Below are positions 1-8,704 of a DNA stretch of 12,004 bases, piece after piece. This stretch comes from Treponemataceae bacterium. Lineage in GTDB: Bacteria > Spirochaetota > Spirochaetia > Treponematales > Rectinemataceae. A program made the translations under genes and the position numbers. The stretch spans positions 1 to 12,004 of the forward strand of contig CAXXGJ010000019.1 in the NCBI GenBank assembly GCA_963677895.2, written 5' to 3'. The notes beneath the pieces are model-generated. The model saw nothing but the letters and a program-made list of their open reading frames with translations. It was not told the origin of the DNA and made no database searches. Each line of letters begins with the position of its first letter. Position 1 is the first letter of the stretch.

Positions 1-1429
1 CGTGACGCCCGATCAGGATCGGCTTGGCGATACCTTCATCACGAACCACCTGCACGGCACGCAGCACGCGCTCATCCTCGCCCTCGGCAAAGACGATGCG
101 TTTCGGCGCCATCTTGGCTTGCGAGAAGACCGGCTTCATGATCATGCCGGAGTGGTAGACGAATTCGTTCAAGCCCTGAACGTAGGCATCCCAGTCCTTG
201 ATCGGCCGCGTTGCGACGCCGGAATCCATGCCCGCCTTGGCAACGGCCGGCGCGATCTTGACGATCAGGCGCGGATCGAAGGGATTCGGAATCAGGTATT
301 CCGGGCCAAAGCTGGCGACCTTCTCGCCGTAGGCACGGGCCGCAACTTCTGACTGCTCGGCGCGCGCCAGTTCGGCGATCGCCTTGACGGCAGCCATCTT
401 CATTTCTTCGGTAATCGTCGTCGCGCCGACATCGAGCGCACCGCGGAAAATAAAGGGGAAGCAGAGGACGTTGTTGACCTGGTTCGGGTAGTCCGAGCGA
501 CCGGTACAAATGATGGCGTCGCTACGGACGCTCTTGACCAGCTCTGGCGTGATTTCCGGGGTCGGATTGGCCAGCGCCATGATCAGCGGATTGGCCGCCA
601 TCTTGGCAACCATCTCCGGCTTCAGCACGCCACCGGCCGACAGGCCGAGGAAGACATCAGCATCGGCGATCACCTCGCCCAGCGTCCGGGCATCGGTCAC
701 CTTGGTGTAGCGCGCCTTGATCTCGTCCATTTCTTCGACACGGCCTTCGTAGACCAGGCCCTTGATGTCGGTCACCCAGATGTTGGCGGGTGGCGCACCG
801 AGCATGACCAGCAGGTCGAGACAGGCCAAGGCGGCCGCACCGGCACCGGAGGTGACGATCTTGACCTTGGACAGGTCCTTGCCGATCAGATGCAGGCCAT
901 TGAGGATGGCGGCACCGACGACAATGGCCGTGCCATGCTGGTCATCATGGAAAACGGGAATCTTCATCCGTTCGCGCAGCTTCTTCTCGATGTAGAAGCA
1001 TTCCGGCGCCTTGATGTCTTCGAGGTTGATGCCGCCGAAGGTCGGCTCCAGCGAGGCGATGGTGTCGATCAGCTTGTCGGGGTCGCGCTCTTCGATTTCG
1101 ATATCGAAGACGTCGATGTTGGCGAACTTCTTGAACAGCACGCCCTTGCCTTCCATGACCGGCTTGGCGGCCAAGGGGCCGATAGCACCGAGGCCGAGGA
1201 CGGCAGTACCGTTGGTGATCACACCGACCAGGTTGGCCCGCGAAGTCAGCGTACTGGCTTCGCGCGGATCAGCGACGATCTCCTCGCAGGCAAAGGCAAC
1301 ACCCGGCGAGTAAGCCAACGACAAATCGTACTGGTTAGTCAGCTGTTTGATTGGGGTAACCGCAATCTTGCCCGGCTTGGGCTCGCGGTGATAGTAGAGA
1401 GCTGCTTCGCGTAATTGCCGAGAATCCAT
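1..1429 (-). CDS. maeB: NADP-dependent malic enzyme (malic enzyme + PTA-like domain fusion), 5' part only; continues beyond the left edge
   Basis: Translated by hand: ATG at 1429 after [32 protein letters not shown]...[11 protein letters not shown]...NGTAVLGLG...KPVMEGK...[14 protein letters not shown]...FHDDQHGTA...SGAGAAA...ALANP...[25 protein letters not shown]...[16 protein letters not shown] (start of the PTA-like domain). Open for 476 codons with no stop. Confidence 0.96.
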   Translation of the reverse strand, partial: MDSRQLREAALYYHREPKPGKIAVTPIKQLTNQYDLSLAYSPGVAFACEEIVADPREASTLTSRANLVGVITNGTAVLGLGAIGPLAAKPVMEGKGVLFKKFANIDVFDIEIEERDPDKLIDTIASLEPTFGGINLEDIKAPECFYIEKKLRERMKIPVFHDDQHGTAIVVGAAILNGLHLIGKDLSKVKIVTSGAGAAALACLDLLVMLGAPPANIWVTDIKGLVYEGRVEEMDEIKARYTKVTDARTLGEVIADADVFLGLSAGGVLKPEMVAKMAANPLIMALANPTPEITPELVKSVRSDAIICTGRSDYPNQVNNVLCFPFIFRGALDVGATTITEEMKMAAVKAIAELARAEQSEVAARAYGEKVASFGPEYLIPNPFDPRLIVKIAPAVAKAGMDSGVATRPIKDWDAYVQGLNEFVYHSGMIMKPVFSQAKMAPKRIVFAEGEDERVLRAVQVVRDEGIAKPILIGRH

Positions 1430-1475
1430 GTCGCCTCCGTTTTATATCGTGAAATGCCATTTCGAATCGCGGAAA

Positions 1476-1484
1476 ATAATACCA
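1476..1484 (-). promoter_or_regulatory. Candidate extended -10 element for maeB
   Basis: Minus strand TG-G-TATTAT about 47 nt upstream of the maeB ATG; no good -35. Confidence 0.35.
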
Positions 1485-1515
1485 TGCAACCGCCCACCGA
1501 ACACCCTCGGGAATC

Positions 1516-1554
1516 ACTTAGGGGCGTAAAGTCAAGTAGATGTTTACCCTAAGT
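1516..1554. repeat. Imperfect inverted repeat in the maeB/pckG divergent promoter region
   Basis: ACTTAGGG (1516-1523) / CCCTAAGT (1547-1554), plus inner GTAAA (1526-1530) / TTTAC (1543-1547). Confidence 0.5.
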
Positions 1555-1672
1555 TGATGCATAATTACGGGCTTCCCAGCCGACGGCCCCTAGCCGCTTT
1601 CAGTCTTGGTGGCAGCTCCCGGCGACTGGCGTGAAACCTAGCTATTTCAGTAACTTAGAGAGAGACATCGCC

Positions 1673-3519
1673 ATGACCGCACCGCTGAATGCACCTGCAT
1701 ACGTCAAACACGAAGCCCTGAAAAAATGGGTCGCCGAAATCGCCGAGCTGACCCAGCCGGACCGTATCCACTGGGCCGACGGGTCGCAGGAAGAGTATGA
1801 CCGCCTGTGCGCGGAAATGGTAGAGGCCGGTACGCTGATCAAGCTGAACGAAGCCAAGCGCCCGAATTCCTACCTCGCCTTCTCCGACCCGTCCGATGTG
1901 GCTCGCGTCGAAGACCGCACCTACATCTGCTCCGCCAAGAAGGAAGACGCCGGCCCGACCAACAACTGGGAAGAGCCTGCCGTCATGCGTGAAAAGCTGA
2001 ACGGCATCTTCAAGGGCTGCATGAAGGGTCGCACGATGTATGTGATCCCGTTCAGCATGGGCCCGCTCGGTTCGCCGATCGCTCACATCGGTTTCGAAAT
2101 CACCGACTCCGCCTACGTCGTCACCAACATGCGCACGATGACCCGCATGGGCAAGGCTGTTTTCGACGTGCTCGGCACCGATGGCGAATTCGTCCCCTGC
2201 ATCCACACCGTCGGCGCGCCCCTCGAACCGGGCCAGCAAGATGCCAAGTGGCCTTGCAACCCGACCGTCAAGTACATCGTGCATTACCCGGAAACCCGTG
2301 AAATCTGGTCCTACGGTTCCGGTTACGGCGGCAACGCCCTGCTCGGCAAGAAATGCTTCGCCCTGCGCATCGCCTCCAACATGGCGCGCGATCAGGGTTG
2401 GCTGGCCGAACACATGCTCATCCTCCGGTGTCGAATCGCCGGAAGGTGAAAAGTCCTACGTCGCCGCCGCCTTCCCGTCTGCCTGCGGCAAGACCAATTT
2501 TGCCATGCTGATTCCGCCGAAGACCCTCGACGGCTGGAAGATCACCACCATCGGCGACGACATCGCCTGGATCAAGCCGCGCGTCGACAAGGACGGCGTT
2601 ACCCGCTTCTACGCCATCAACCCGGAAGCCGGCTTCTTCGGCGTTGCCCCGGGCACCTCGGAAAAGACCAACTTCAACGCGCTGGCCACGTTGAAGGAAA
2701 ACATCATTTTCACCAACGTCGCACTGACCGACGATGGCGATGTGTGGTGGGAAGGTCTGACCAAGGAAGCCCCGGCGCACCTGATCGACTGGCAAGGCAA
2801 GGACTGGACACCGGAAGATGGCAAGGCTGGCAAGAAGGCCGCCCACGCCAATTCCCGCTTCAACCGCTCCGGCCAATCAGTGCCCGTCCGTTGACAGCGC
2901 CTGGGAAGACCCGGCCGGCGTGCCGATTTCCGCCTTCATCTTCGGCGGCCGTCGCGCCACCACCGTGCCGCTCGTGTACGAAGCCTTCAACTGGAACTAC
3001 GGCGTCTACATGGCCGCCACCCTGGGTTCCGAAACCACAGCTGCTGCCTTCGGCCAGCAGGGCGTTGTCCGCCGCGACCCGTTCGCCATGCTGCCGTTCT
3101 GCGGCTACCACATGGGCGATTACTTCAACCATTGGTTGAAGATGGGCAAGACCGTCGATGCCGCCCCGAAGATCTTCTGCGTGAACTGGTTCCGCATGAA
3201 CGAAAAGGGCGAATTCATGTGGCCGGGTTTCGGCGACAACATGCGCGTCCTGAAGTGGATCGTTCAGCGCTGCAAGGGCAAGGTTGCTGCCAAGGAAACC
3301 GCGCTGGGCTGGATGCCGCAATTCGAAGACATCGACTGGACGGGTCTGGATATCAGCAAGAACGAGTTCAACAGCCTGACCAACATCGATGCCGATGCCT
3401 GGAAATCCGAACTGGCCGGCCACAAGGAGTGGTTCGACAGCATGGGCGAAAAGCTGCCACGCGAATTCACCCTGAAGCGCGAACTGTTTGAAATGGCGCT
3501 GTTCAAGAACGCTGACTGA
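1673..3519 (+). CDS. pckG: Phosphoenolpyruvate carboxykinase (GTP); two apparent +1 frameshifts (2425-2426, 2862-2863), about 614 aa when repaired
   Basis: ATG 1673 after GAGAGAG. Three consecutive ORFs carry PEPCK-GTP motifs [138 protein letters not shown] 3517-3519. Confidence 0.95.
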
Positions 3520-3529
3520 TTTCAGTTCT

Positions 3530-3538
3530 TGCTATGAT
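3530..3538 (+). promoter_or_regulatory. Candidate extended -10 promoter for the aminotransferase gene
   Basis: TG-C-TATGAT immediately upstream of the terminator hairpin and 43 nt before ATG 3581. Confidence 0.4.
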
Positions 3539-3540
3539 CG

Positions 3541-3570
3541 ACGGCCACCTCAGGGTGGCCGTTTTACTTT
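3541..3570 (+). terminator. Rho-independent terminator after pckG
   Basis: Perfect 9-bp stem ACGGCCACC-TCAG-GGTGGCCGT followed by TTTACTTT, starting 22 nt after the pckG stop. Confidence 0.8.
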
Positions 3571-3580
3571 GGAGAACCGC

Positions 3581-4742
3581 ATGTACCGCCCCGCCCAACG
3601 CCTCGCCGAGATTGAGCCCTTCCACGTCGTCGAATTGCTGACCCGGGCTCGGCAACTGGAAGCCGAGGGGCGCGACATCATTCACATGGAGGTTGGCGAG
3701 CCTGATTTTCCGACGCCAGAGCCCATCGCCAATGGGGCGATCAACGCGATTAAAAGCGGAAAGACCCTCTACACCCAGGCCCTCGGGCTCCCGGAGTTGC
3801 GCGAGGCGATCAGCCAGTTCTATCGCCAGCGCTATGGCGTTTCGGTGCCAGCTAGCCGAATCGCCATCACCAACGGCGCCTCCGGCGCGCTGAATCTGGC
3901 CTTCGCCTGCTTGGCCGATCCGGGCAGCGAATGGTTGCTGACTGACCCCGGTTACCCGTGTAACCGGCATATTTTGCGAGCCTACGAAGGACGGGGCACA
4001 GAACATCTCGGTTGGCCCGGAAACCAATTTCCAGCCGACACCAGAAATGCTGCGCCAACACTGGAAACCGGCCACCGCCGGTCTGCTCGTTGCCTCGCCC
4101 GCCAATCCGACCGGCACTTTGCTCACATTGCCGGAGATTGAAGCGCTCGCCGAAGTCTGCCGCGAAAAGAACGGGCATTTTCTGGTCGATGAGATTTACC
4201 ACGGCTTGACCTATGAGATTGAAGCCCCCACCGCCTGCGCCGCTGGCGACGACATCTGGATCATCAACAGTTTCTCCAAGTATTTCCAGATGACTGGCTG
4301 GCGCCTGGGCTGGATGGTCATTCCCGAAGCCTATGTCCGCGACGTCGAAAAACTGGCCCAGAACCTCACGCTCTGCCCCTCGACGCCGGCCCAGCATGCC
4401 GCACTGGCCGCCTTCGAGCCGAAAACCATCGCCATTCTCGAAGGCCGGCGTAGCGAATTCCGACGCCGTCGTGACTTCCTTGCCCCGGCGCTGGAGGCGA
4501 TCGGCTTCCGCATCACGGCCCGCCCCGAAGGTGCGTTCTATCTGTATTGCGATTGCTCGACACTGGCCGATGACAGCTTCGCGCTGGCCAAGGATTTACT
4601 GGAAAAAACCGGCGTCGCCGCCACACCCGGCCTCGATTTCGGCAGCAACCAGCCGGAAAAGCATATCCGCTTCGCCTACACCACCGGCGTCGACCGGCTG
4701 GCCGAGGCCGTCGAGCGCTTAAGCGCCTATTTCGGCCGGTAG
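3581..4742 (+). CDS. PLP-dependent aminotransferase, class I/II (aspartate/aromatic-type); one apparent +1 frameshift in GGGG 3993-3996, about 386 aa when repaired
   Basis: GGAG RBS + ATG 3581 (MYRPAQRLAEIEPFHV); HMEVGEPDF, YTQALGLPELR, TNGASGAL, DPGYPCN; second frame ASPANPTG, DEIYHGL, SFSKYFQMTGWRLG (PLP lysine), PEGAFY, TPGLDFG, HIRFAY. Removing one G gives continuous EGRAQNISVGPETNFQPT. Confidence 0.92.
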
Positions 4743-5285
4743 GCCCAGTTCAGGATAGCGGGAACGCAGGGCCGCCCAGTCGAAATACGGCCCAGGATCG
4801 GTCTTGCGTCCGGGCGCAATATGGCAATGGCCAGCGATGGCCAAAATTGGATAGCGCCGGCGCAAGACGTCCAGCAAGCCCCACAGCGAGGCGTATTGCT
4901 CAGCGGTATAGGGCTGGGTATCCGAACCCTCCAGCTCGATACCGACCGAGTAATCGTTGCAGTTGTCCCGCTCGCACCAGCAGGACTGACCGGCATGCCA
5001 GGCCCGCCGGTCGCAGCCGACGAACTGGACGACTCGACCACTCCGGCGTACATAAAAGTGGGCAGACACCTGCAAATCGGCAATGGTCGAAAAATATGGA
5101 TGCGCTTCAGGATTCAGGCGATTGAGGAAAAAATCCTCGACCCAGTCGCCACCAAACTCATCCGGCGGCAGGCTGATGTTGTGGATGACCACCAGAGAGA
5201 CTGATTCGCCCGCCGGCCGTTCGCCAAAATTCGGCGAAGGCAGCCAATCTGCCCCTTCCAGCCAACCGTCAGCCTGCCACCCCAT
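4719..5285 (-). CDS. ampD: 1,6-anhydro-N-acetylmuramyl-L-alanine amidase AmpD (188 aa)
   Basis: PSPNFGERP, VIHNISLPP, HPYF, VSAHF, RAWHAGQS, CNDYSVGIELEG, GHCHIAPGRKTDPG. ATG overlaps the pilR stop (TGATG); alternative GTG at 5288. Confidence 0.95.
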   Translation of the reverse strand: MGWQADGWLEGADWLPSPNFGERPAGESVSLVVIHNISLPPDEFGGDWVEDFFLNRLNPEAHPYFSTIADLQVSAHFYVRRSGRVVQFVGCDRRAWHAGQSCWCERDNCNDYSVGIELEGSDTQPYTAEQYASLWGLLDVLRRRYPILAIAGHCHIAPGRKTDPGPYFDWAALRSRYPELGLPAEIGA

Positions 5286-6640
5286 CACTCGATGCCCAGA
5301 CGCTCAAGCCGATAGCGCATGGAACGGAAGGTCACGCCGAGCAGGCGGGCCGCTGCCGTGCGGTTCCCTTCGGCCTTCTGCAAGGCTTCCAGAATGGCCT
5401 GACGTTCAAGGCGATTCAGGTATTCATCCAGAGTTTCACTGCCCCGCCCCGGCGCTTCGCCGCCCGGCATTTCCTCGGGGCCGAGATGCAGGTCGTCGAC
5501 TTCGATGGTGTCGCCGGCACAAAGCGCCGTCGCGCGCTCGAGAATATTTTCCAGCTCGCGAACATTCCCGGGAAAGGAATAGAACTCCAGCGCCTTCAGT
5601 GCACCACTGGAAAGCTTCGGCGTTGCCTCGCCGAAAACGCGCCGCAGGATGGCATCGACCAGCGGGGCGATATCCTCCAGACGTTCGCGCAAGGGCGGCA
5701 TACGGAGTTCGATCACGTTCAGCCGGTAATACAAATCCTGCCGGAAGCCGCCCTTGTCCACCAGATCGCGCAGATTGCGATGCGTCGCACAGATGATCCG
5801 GACATCGACCGGCTCTTCGGCCACGCTACCCACCTTGCGCACCCGCTTTTCCTGAATGGCACGCAACAGCTTGACCTGCATGGCCAGCGGCAAATCAGCC
5901 ACTTCGTCGAGGAACAGCGTGCCCCCATTGGCTGCCTGGAAAAAACCCTCGCGCTCACTGTCGGCTCCGGTGAACGCCCCTTTCCGGTAACCGAAAAATT
6001 CGCTTTCCATCAGGTTTTCCGGAATCGCCCCGCAGTTGACCGGCACGAAGGGGCCCGCTGCCCGGGCGCTGCGGCTATGGATCAATCGGGCGCCCAGTTC
6101 CTTGCCGCTGCCGGATTCACCGGAAATGTAGATCGGTGCCTGACTACGCGCCAACTTCTCGATCATCGCCCGCACCTGCTGCATGCTCGGGGAGTCGCCA
6201 ATCAAGGACTGCAAGGGATTGTCGTTATCCTGCCCGCCACCTGGCAAACGCAAGGCAGACTTGATCAGGGCGCGGAGTTGCTCAAGCCCGACCGGCTTGG
6301 CCAGATAGTCGAAAGCCCCGGCCTTGAGGGCGGCGACGGCATTGCCAGCACTGCCATAGGCAGTAATGACGGCCACCGGCGTCTGGGGATAATGTTCGGT
6401 GATCAGGCGAACGATTTCCAGCCCTTCGCCATCCGGCAGGCGCATGTCAGTCAGGCAGAGCTGAAAATCATCGGCCTCAAGCGCGGCCTTCGCTTCAGCG
6501 ACCGAGCCCACACACTCGGTGGCCAAGCCCATGCGCGCCAAGGTTAGATCAATCAGTTCACGAATATCGGGCTCGTCATCGACAACGAGAACCCGGCTTA
6601 ATTCGCCGCGAGGGCGCCGTTCGGTTCTGACAACTGACAC
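5285..6640 (-). CDS. pilR: Sigma-54-dependent response regulator (REC-AAA+-Fis HTH), PilR-like
   Basis: GGGAGA RBS + GTG 6640; [82 protein letters not shown]; lies between a PilS-like kinase and ampD. Confidence 0.9.
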   Translation of the reverse strand: MSVVRTERRPRGELSRVLVVDDEPDIRELIDLTLARMGLATECVGSVAEAKAALEADDFQLCLTDMRLPDGEGLEIVRLITEHYPQTPVAVITAYGSAGNAVAALKAGAFDYLAKPVGLEQLRALIKSALRLPGGGQDNDNPLQSLIGDSPSMQQVRAMIEKLARSQAPIYISGESGSGKELGARLIHSRSARAAGPFVPVNCGAIPENLMESEFFGYRKGAFTGADSEREGFFQAANGGTLFLDEVADLPLAMQVKLLRAIQEKRVRKVGSVAEEPVDVRIICATHRNLRDLVDKGGFRQDLYYRLNVIELRMPPLRERLEDIAPLVDAILRRVFGEATPKLSSGALKALEFYSFPGNVRELENILERATALCAGDTIEVDDLHLGPEEMPGGEAPGRGSETLDEYLNRLERQAILEALQKAEGNRTAAARLLGVTFRSMRYRLERLGIE

Positions 6641-8209
6641 GTATCGTTTCTCCCTGCCACAATGAAATGCGCCCCGGAGACGGAAGCCATCAATTCCAGG
6701 CTCGCCCCGTTGGTTGCACAGAGCTCACGGGCAATAAACAGCCCAAGACCAGTCCCTTGCGTGTGTGTCGTGAAAAATGGCTCAAAAATCTGTTCGCGTA
6801 CCGTTTCAGGCACGCCCGGACCATCATCGATCACATGTAATTCTACTCGCCCATCGTCTTGACCGCCGACCAACTCGATCCGCACGGCCCCCGGCCCGCG
6901 ACTCGAATGGCGCAGGGCATTACTGACCAGATTCCACAAGACCTGATGCAAGTGGGAACGATCAAAACAGATTTTTAGCCCGACGGGCGCCTTGAGCACC
7001 ACAACATCCGGAGGCAGATTTTCGTTGGCCAGGAAATGTTCGACGAAGCCGAGGCAGAACTCGTCGGCTGGCAACAACTCAGCTTCCGCGCGATTCTGGC
7101 GGCCCAACTCCAGAATATCGCGGACAATCCGGTCAAGCCGGATCACATTGTCGTTAAGAATACGCAGCAGACGCTCCTGCATCTCGCCCCGGCGCTCCTC
7201 ACGCAGCAACTCGCCGGCATGACCAATCGCCGACAAGGGGTTGCGAATTTCATGGGCGATACTCGCTGTCAAACGGCCCAGTGAGGCCAGTTTCAGCTGC
7301 TGGGCGTGCTCCTTGATCCGCCCGACGTCCTCAAGAAAGACCAGCACCTCGCCATCCGAACTTGTTGTCCGCTCGAATCGGGCGCGCAAATCACGGCCTT
7401 CGGCGCCACAAAATTGAAGCCCATTATTATTGTGACCAGACGCCCAAGCTTGAAGTGCGCCAGCCAATTCCGGAGCACAACCTGCCAGCGGTGCCTGGTC
7501 GTCAGAAGACAAGCCAAGCATGCTTTTCGCCACGGGATTGCAGCGACTCAACTGGCCGTCCTTGGCAACAATCAGCACGCCGTCCTGCATTCGCTCCACA
7601 ACACGCTGGCTGATACGAATCTGGTTATCCAGCGCCACCCCACGGCGCCGCGCCAGGTCTTCATTGACCATCGCCCGCTGACCAAGCAGAACGGGCAAGA
7701 ATGGCCGTGGCAAAAAAACCAGCCGAGATAAACCCGGCCTGAACAATCGAGGCCGAATCAAATCCCTGCGCAACGATTCCGTAAAACTGGACCAGCAGCA
7801 CGGCCACCGTCGCCACTGCTGCGTAGAACAAGACCAGACGCCCTCGCCCAACCAGGCTCGCGGCAGCCAAAGAAACCAGCAACAACACGCTCAATCCACT
7901 ACTTACCCCGCCCGCCAGGAACATCAGGGAGCAGACGACGGCAATGTCCACCATCATCTGAGAGGATAACTGCCGATTGAAACCATGCTGCCAATGGGTC
8001 GCCAGCACGAGCCCGGCAATCGTCGCCGCCATGTAAGCCCCAGTCAGGCCAAACAGCAGCGGCGACGGCGTCAAATTGAGGCGGGCTGTCCACTCATGAG
8101 GAAAGAGGATCGCCAGGAAAAATAATGCCGCCAGAACCAGGCGATAAAGATTGAAATACTGGAAGGAACGCCAGTTAGCCTCCCAAGTGGAGGAGAGCCA
8201 ATCCGACAT
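6598..8209 (-). CDS. pilS: Membrane sensor histidine kinase PilS-like; one apparent +1 frameshift at 7690-7691, about 536 aa when repaired
   Basis: N-terminal frame has FNLYRL, several hydrophobic segments and GGVSSGL; C-terminal frame has a PAS-like region, LASLGRLTASIAHEIRNPL (H box), QVLWNLVSNA, DDGPG, FEPFFTT, GTGLGL. Removing one base gives continuous AILARLLGQRAMV. Confidence 0.88.
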
Positions 8210-8441
8210 CAGGACCTCGAGGACCGGGATGCGGCCCGATGTGCCTCACAGCAATAAATCCGGCCACCGTCGCTTATTCCCTCGCTCTCTGGTAAATGCA
8301 CGCCACAATGGACGCAAGTCACCATCTTTTCCTCGGCCGGAGCAGGTCGTGTCGATGATGGCTTCGAATCCTCCAGCGCCTTTCGCTTGAGAAAATCCAC
8401 CAGACCACACCCAGAAATGCGAACAACAGCAGGTATTTCAT
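8209..8441 (-). CDS. PP0621-family small membrane-anchored Cys/His (Zn-finger-like) protein; apparent frameshift at A-run 8392-8395, about 77 aa when repaired
   Basis: ATG 8441 gives hydrophobic MKYLLLFAFLGVVWWI; the neighbouring frame gives LKRK...EKMVTCVHCGVHLPESE...YCCEAH. Stop overlaps the pilS ATG (TGATG). This family typically lies upstream of pilS. Confidence 0.8.
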
Positions 8442-8516
8442 CAGCTATCCCAGAAACATAAACTTGACGGGGGAACCGCAAGATTTTGTCGGTTTGTATC
8501 GGAGAAATTCGATTTG

Positions 8517-8525
8517 AGCATACCA
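8517..8525 (-). promoter_or_regulatory. Candidate extended -10 for the PP0621-pilS-pilR-ampD operon
   Basis: Minus strand TG-G-TATGCT, downstream of the tRNA terminator and about 76 nt before ATG 8441; weak -35. Confidence 0.3.
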
Positions 8526-8557
8526 CCAAGACTCAGATAGGCAGAATTACTGAAGCC

Positions 8558-8599
8558 AAAAAGCAAAAAGCCACCCCGGAGGATGGCTAAGTGCTTTTT
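8558..8599 (-). terminator. Rho-independent terminator downstream of tRNA-Pro (possibly bidirectional)
   Basis: Minus strand AGCCATCC-TCCG-GGGTGGCT (8588-8569, one G-U pair) followed by TTTTGCTTTTT; outer AAAAAGCA/TGCTTTTT symmetry. Confidence 0.8.
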
Positions 8600-8611
8600 C
8601 TTTGCAATTTT

Positions 8612-8688
8612 TGGTCGGAGTGACAGGATTCGAACTTGCGACCCCTGCGTCCCGAACGCAGTGCTCTACCAGGCTGAGCTACACTCCG
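8612..8688 (-). tRNA. tRNA-Pro (anticodon CGG), 77 nt, encoded CCA
   Basis: CGGAGTG-TA-GCTC-AGCCTGGTA-GAGC-A-CTGCG-TTCGGGA-CGCAG-GGGTC-GCAAG-TTCGAAT-CCTGT-CACTCCG-A-CCA folds as a cloverleaf; C1-G72 and A73 are typical of bacterial tRNA-Pro. Confidence 0.98.
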
Positions 8689-8704
8689 ACGACCTCTGAG
8701 AAGA

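Noticed and set aside
2..1414. Plus-strand ORFs (2-352, 510-710, 762-995, 890-1414, 1011-1313) and minus ORF 72-509
   Set aside because: Antisense or alternate-frame shadows of maeB, which is absent from the track because it has no stop in the window.
1510..1536. Resemblance of GGAATCACTTAGGGGC..AGTCAAG to the ispB promoter GGAATCTTAGGGGC..AGTCAAG (9699-9731)
   Set aside because: Short, gapped match with different spacing (9 versus 17 nt between the hexamers), so it is not a working promoter copy; probably chance.
2420..4000. Programmed ribosomal frameshifting or phase variation at the pckG and aminotransferase breaks
   Set aside because: Runs are only 2-4 nt, there is no slippery heptamer or long repeat tract, and similar breaks are scattered over unrelated genes.
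8464..8492. Plus-strand TTGACG as a -35 element
   Set aside because: No -10 at 16-18 nt spacing and no plus-strand gene downstream.
8442..8529. ORF-track start at 8529 for the gene upstream of pilS
   Set aside because: The extension is not protein-like; the hydrophobic start at ATG 8441 in another frame fits the family much better.
8442..8690. tRNA-Pro as an integration site for an island or prophage
   Set aside because: No integrase and no long duplicate of the tRNA 3' end; both flanks are core genes. The 8-bp GTCGGAGT copy at 9756-9763 would bracket only the tRNA and ispB.
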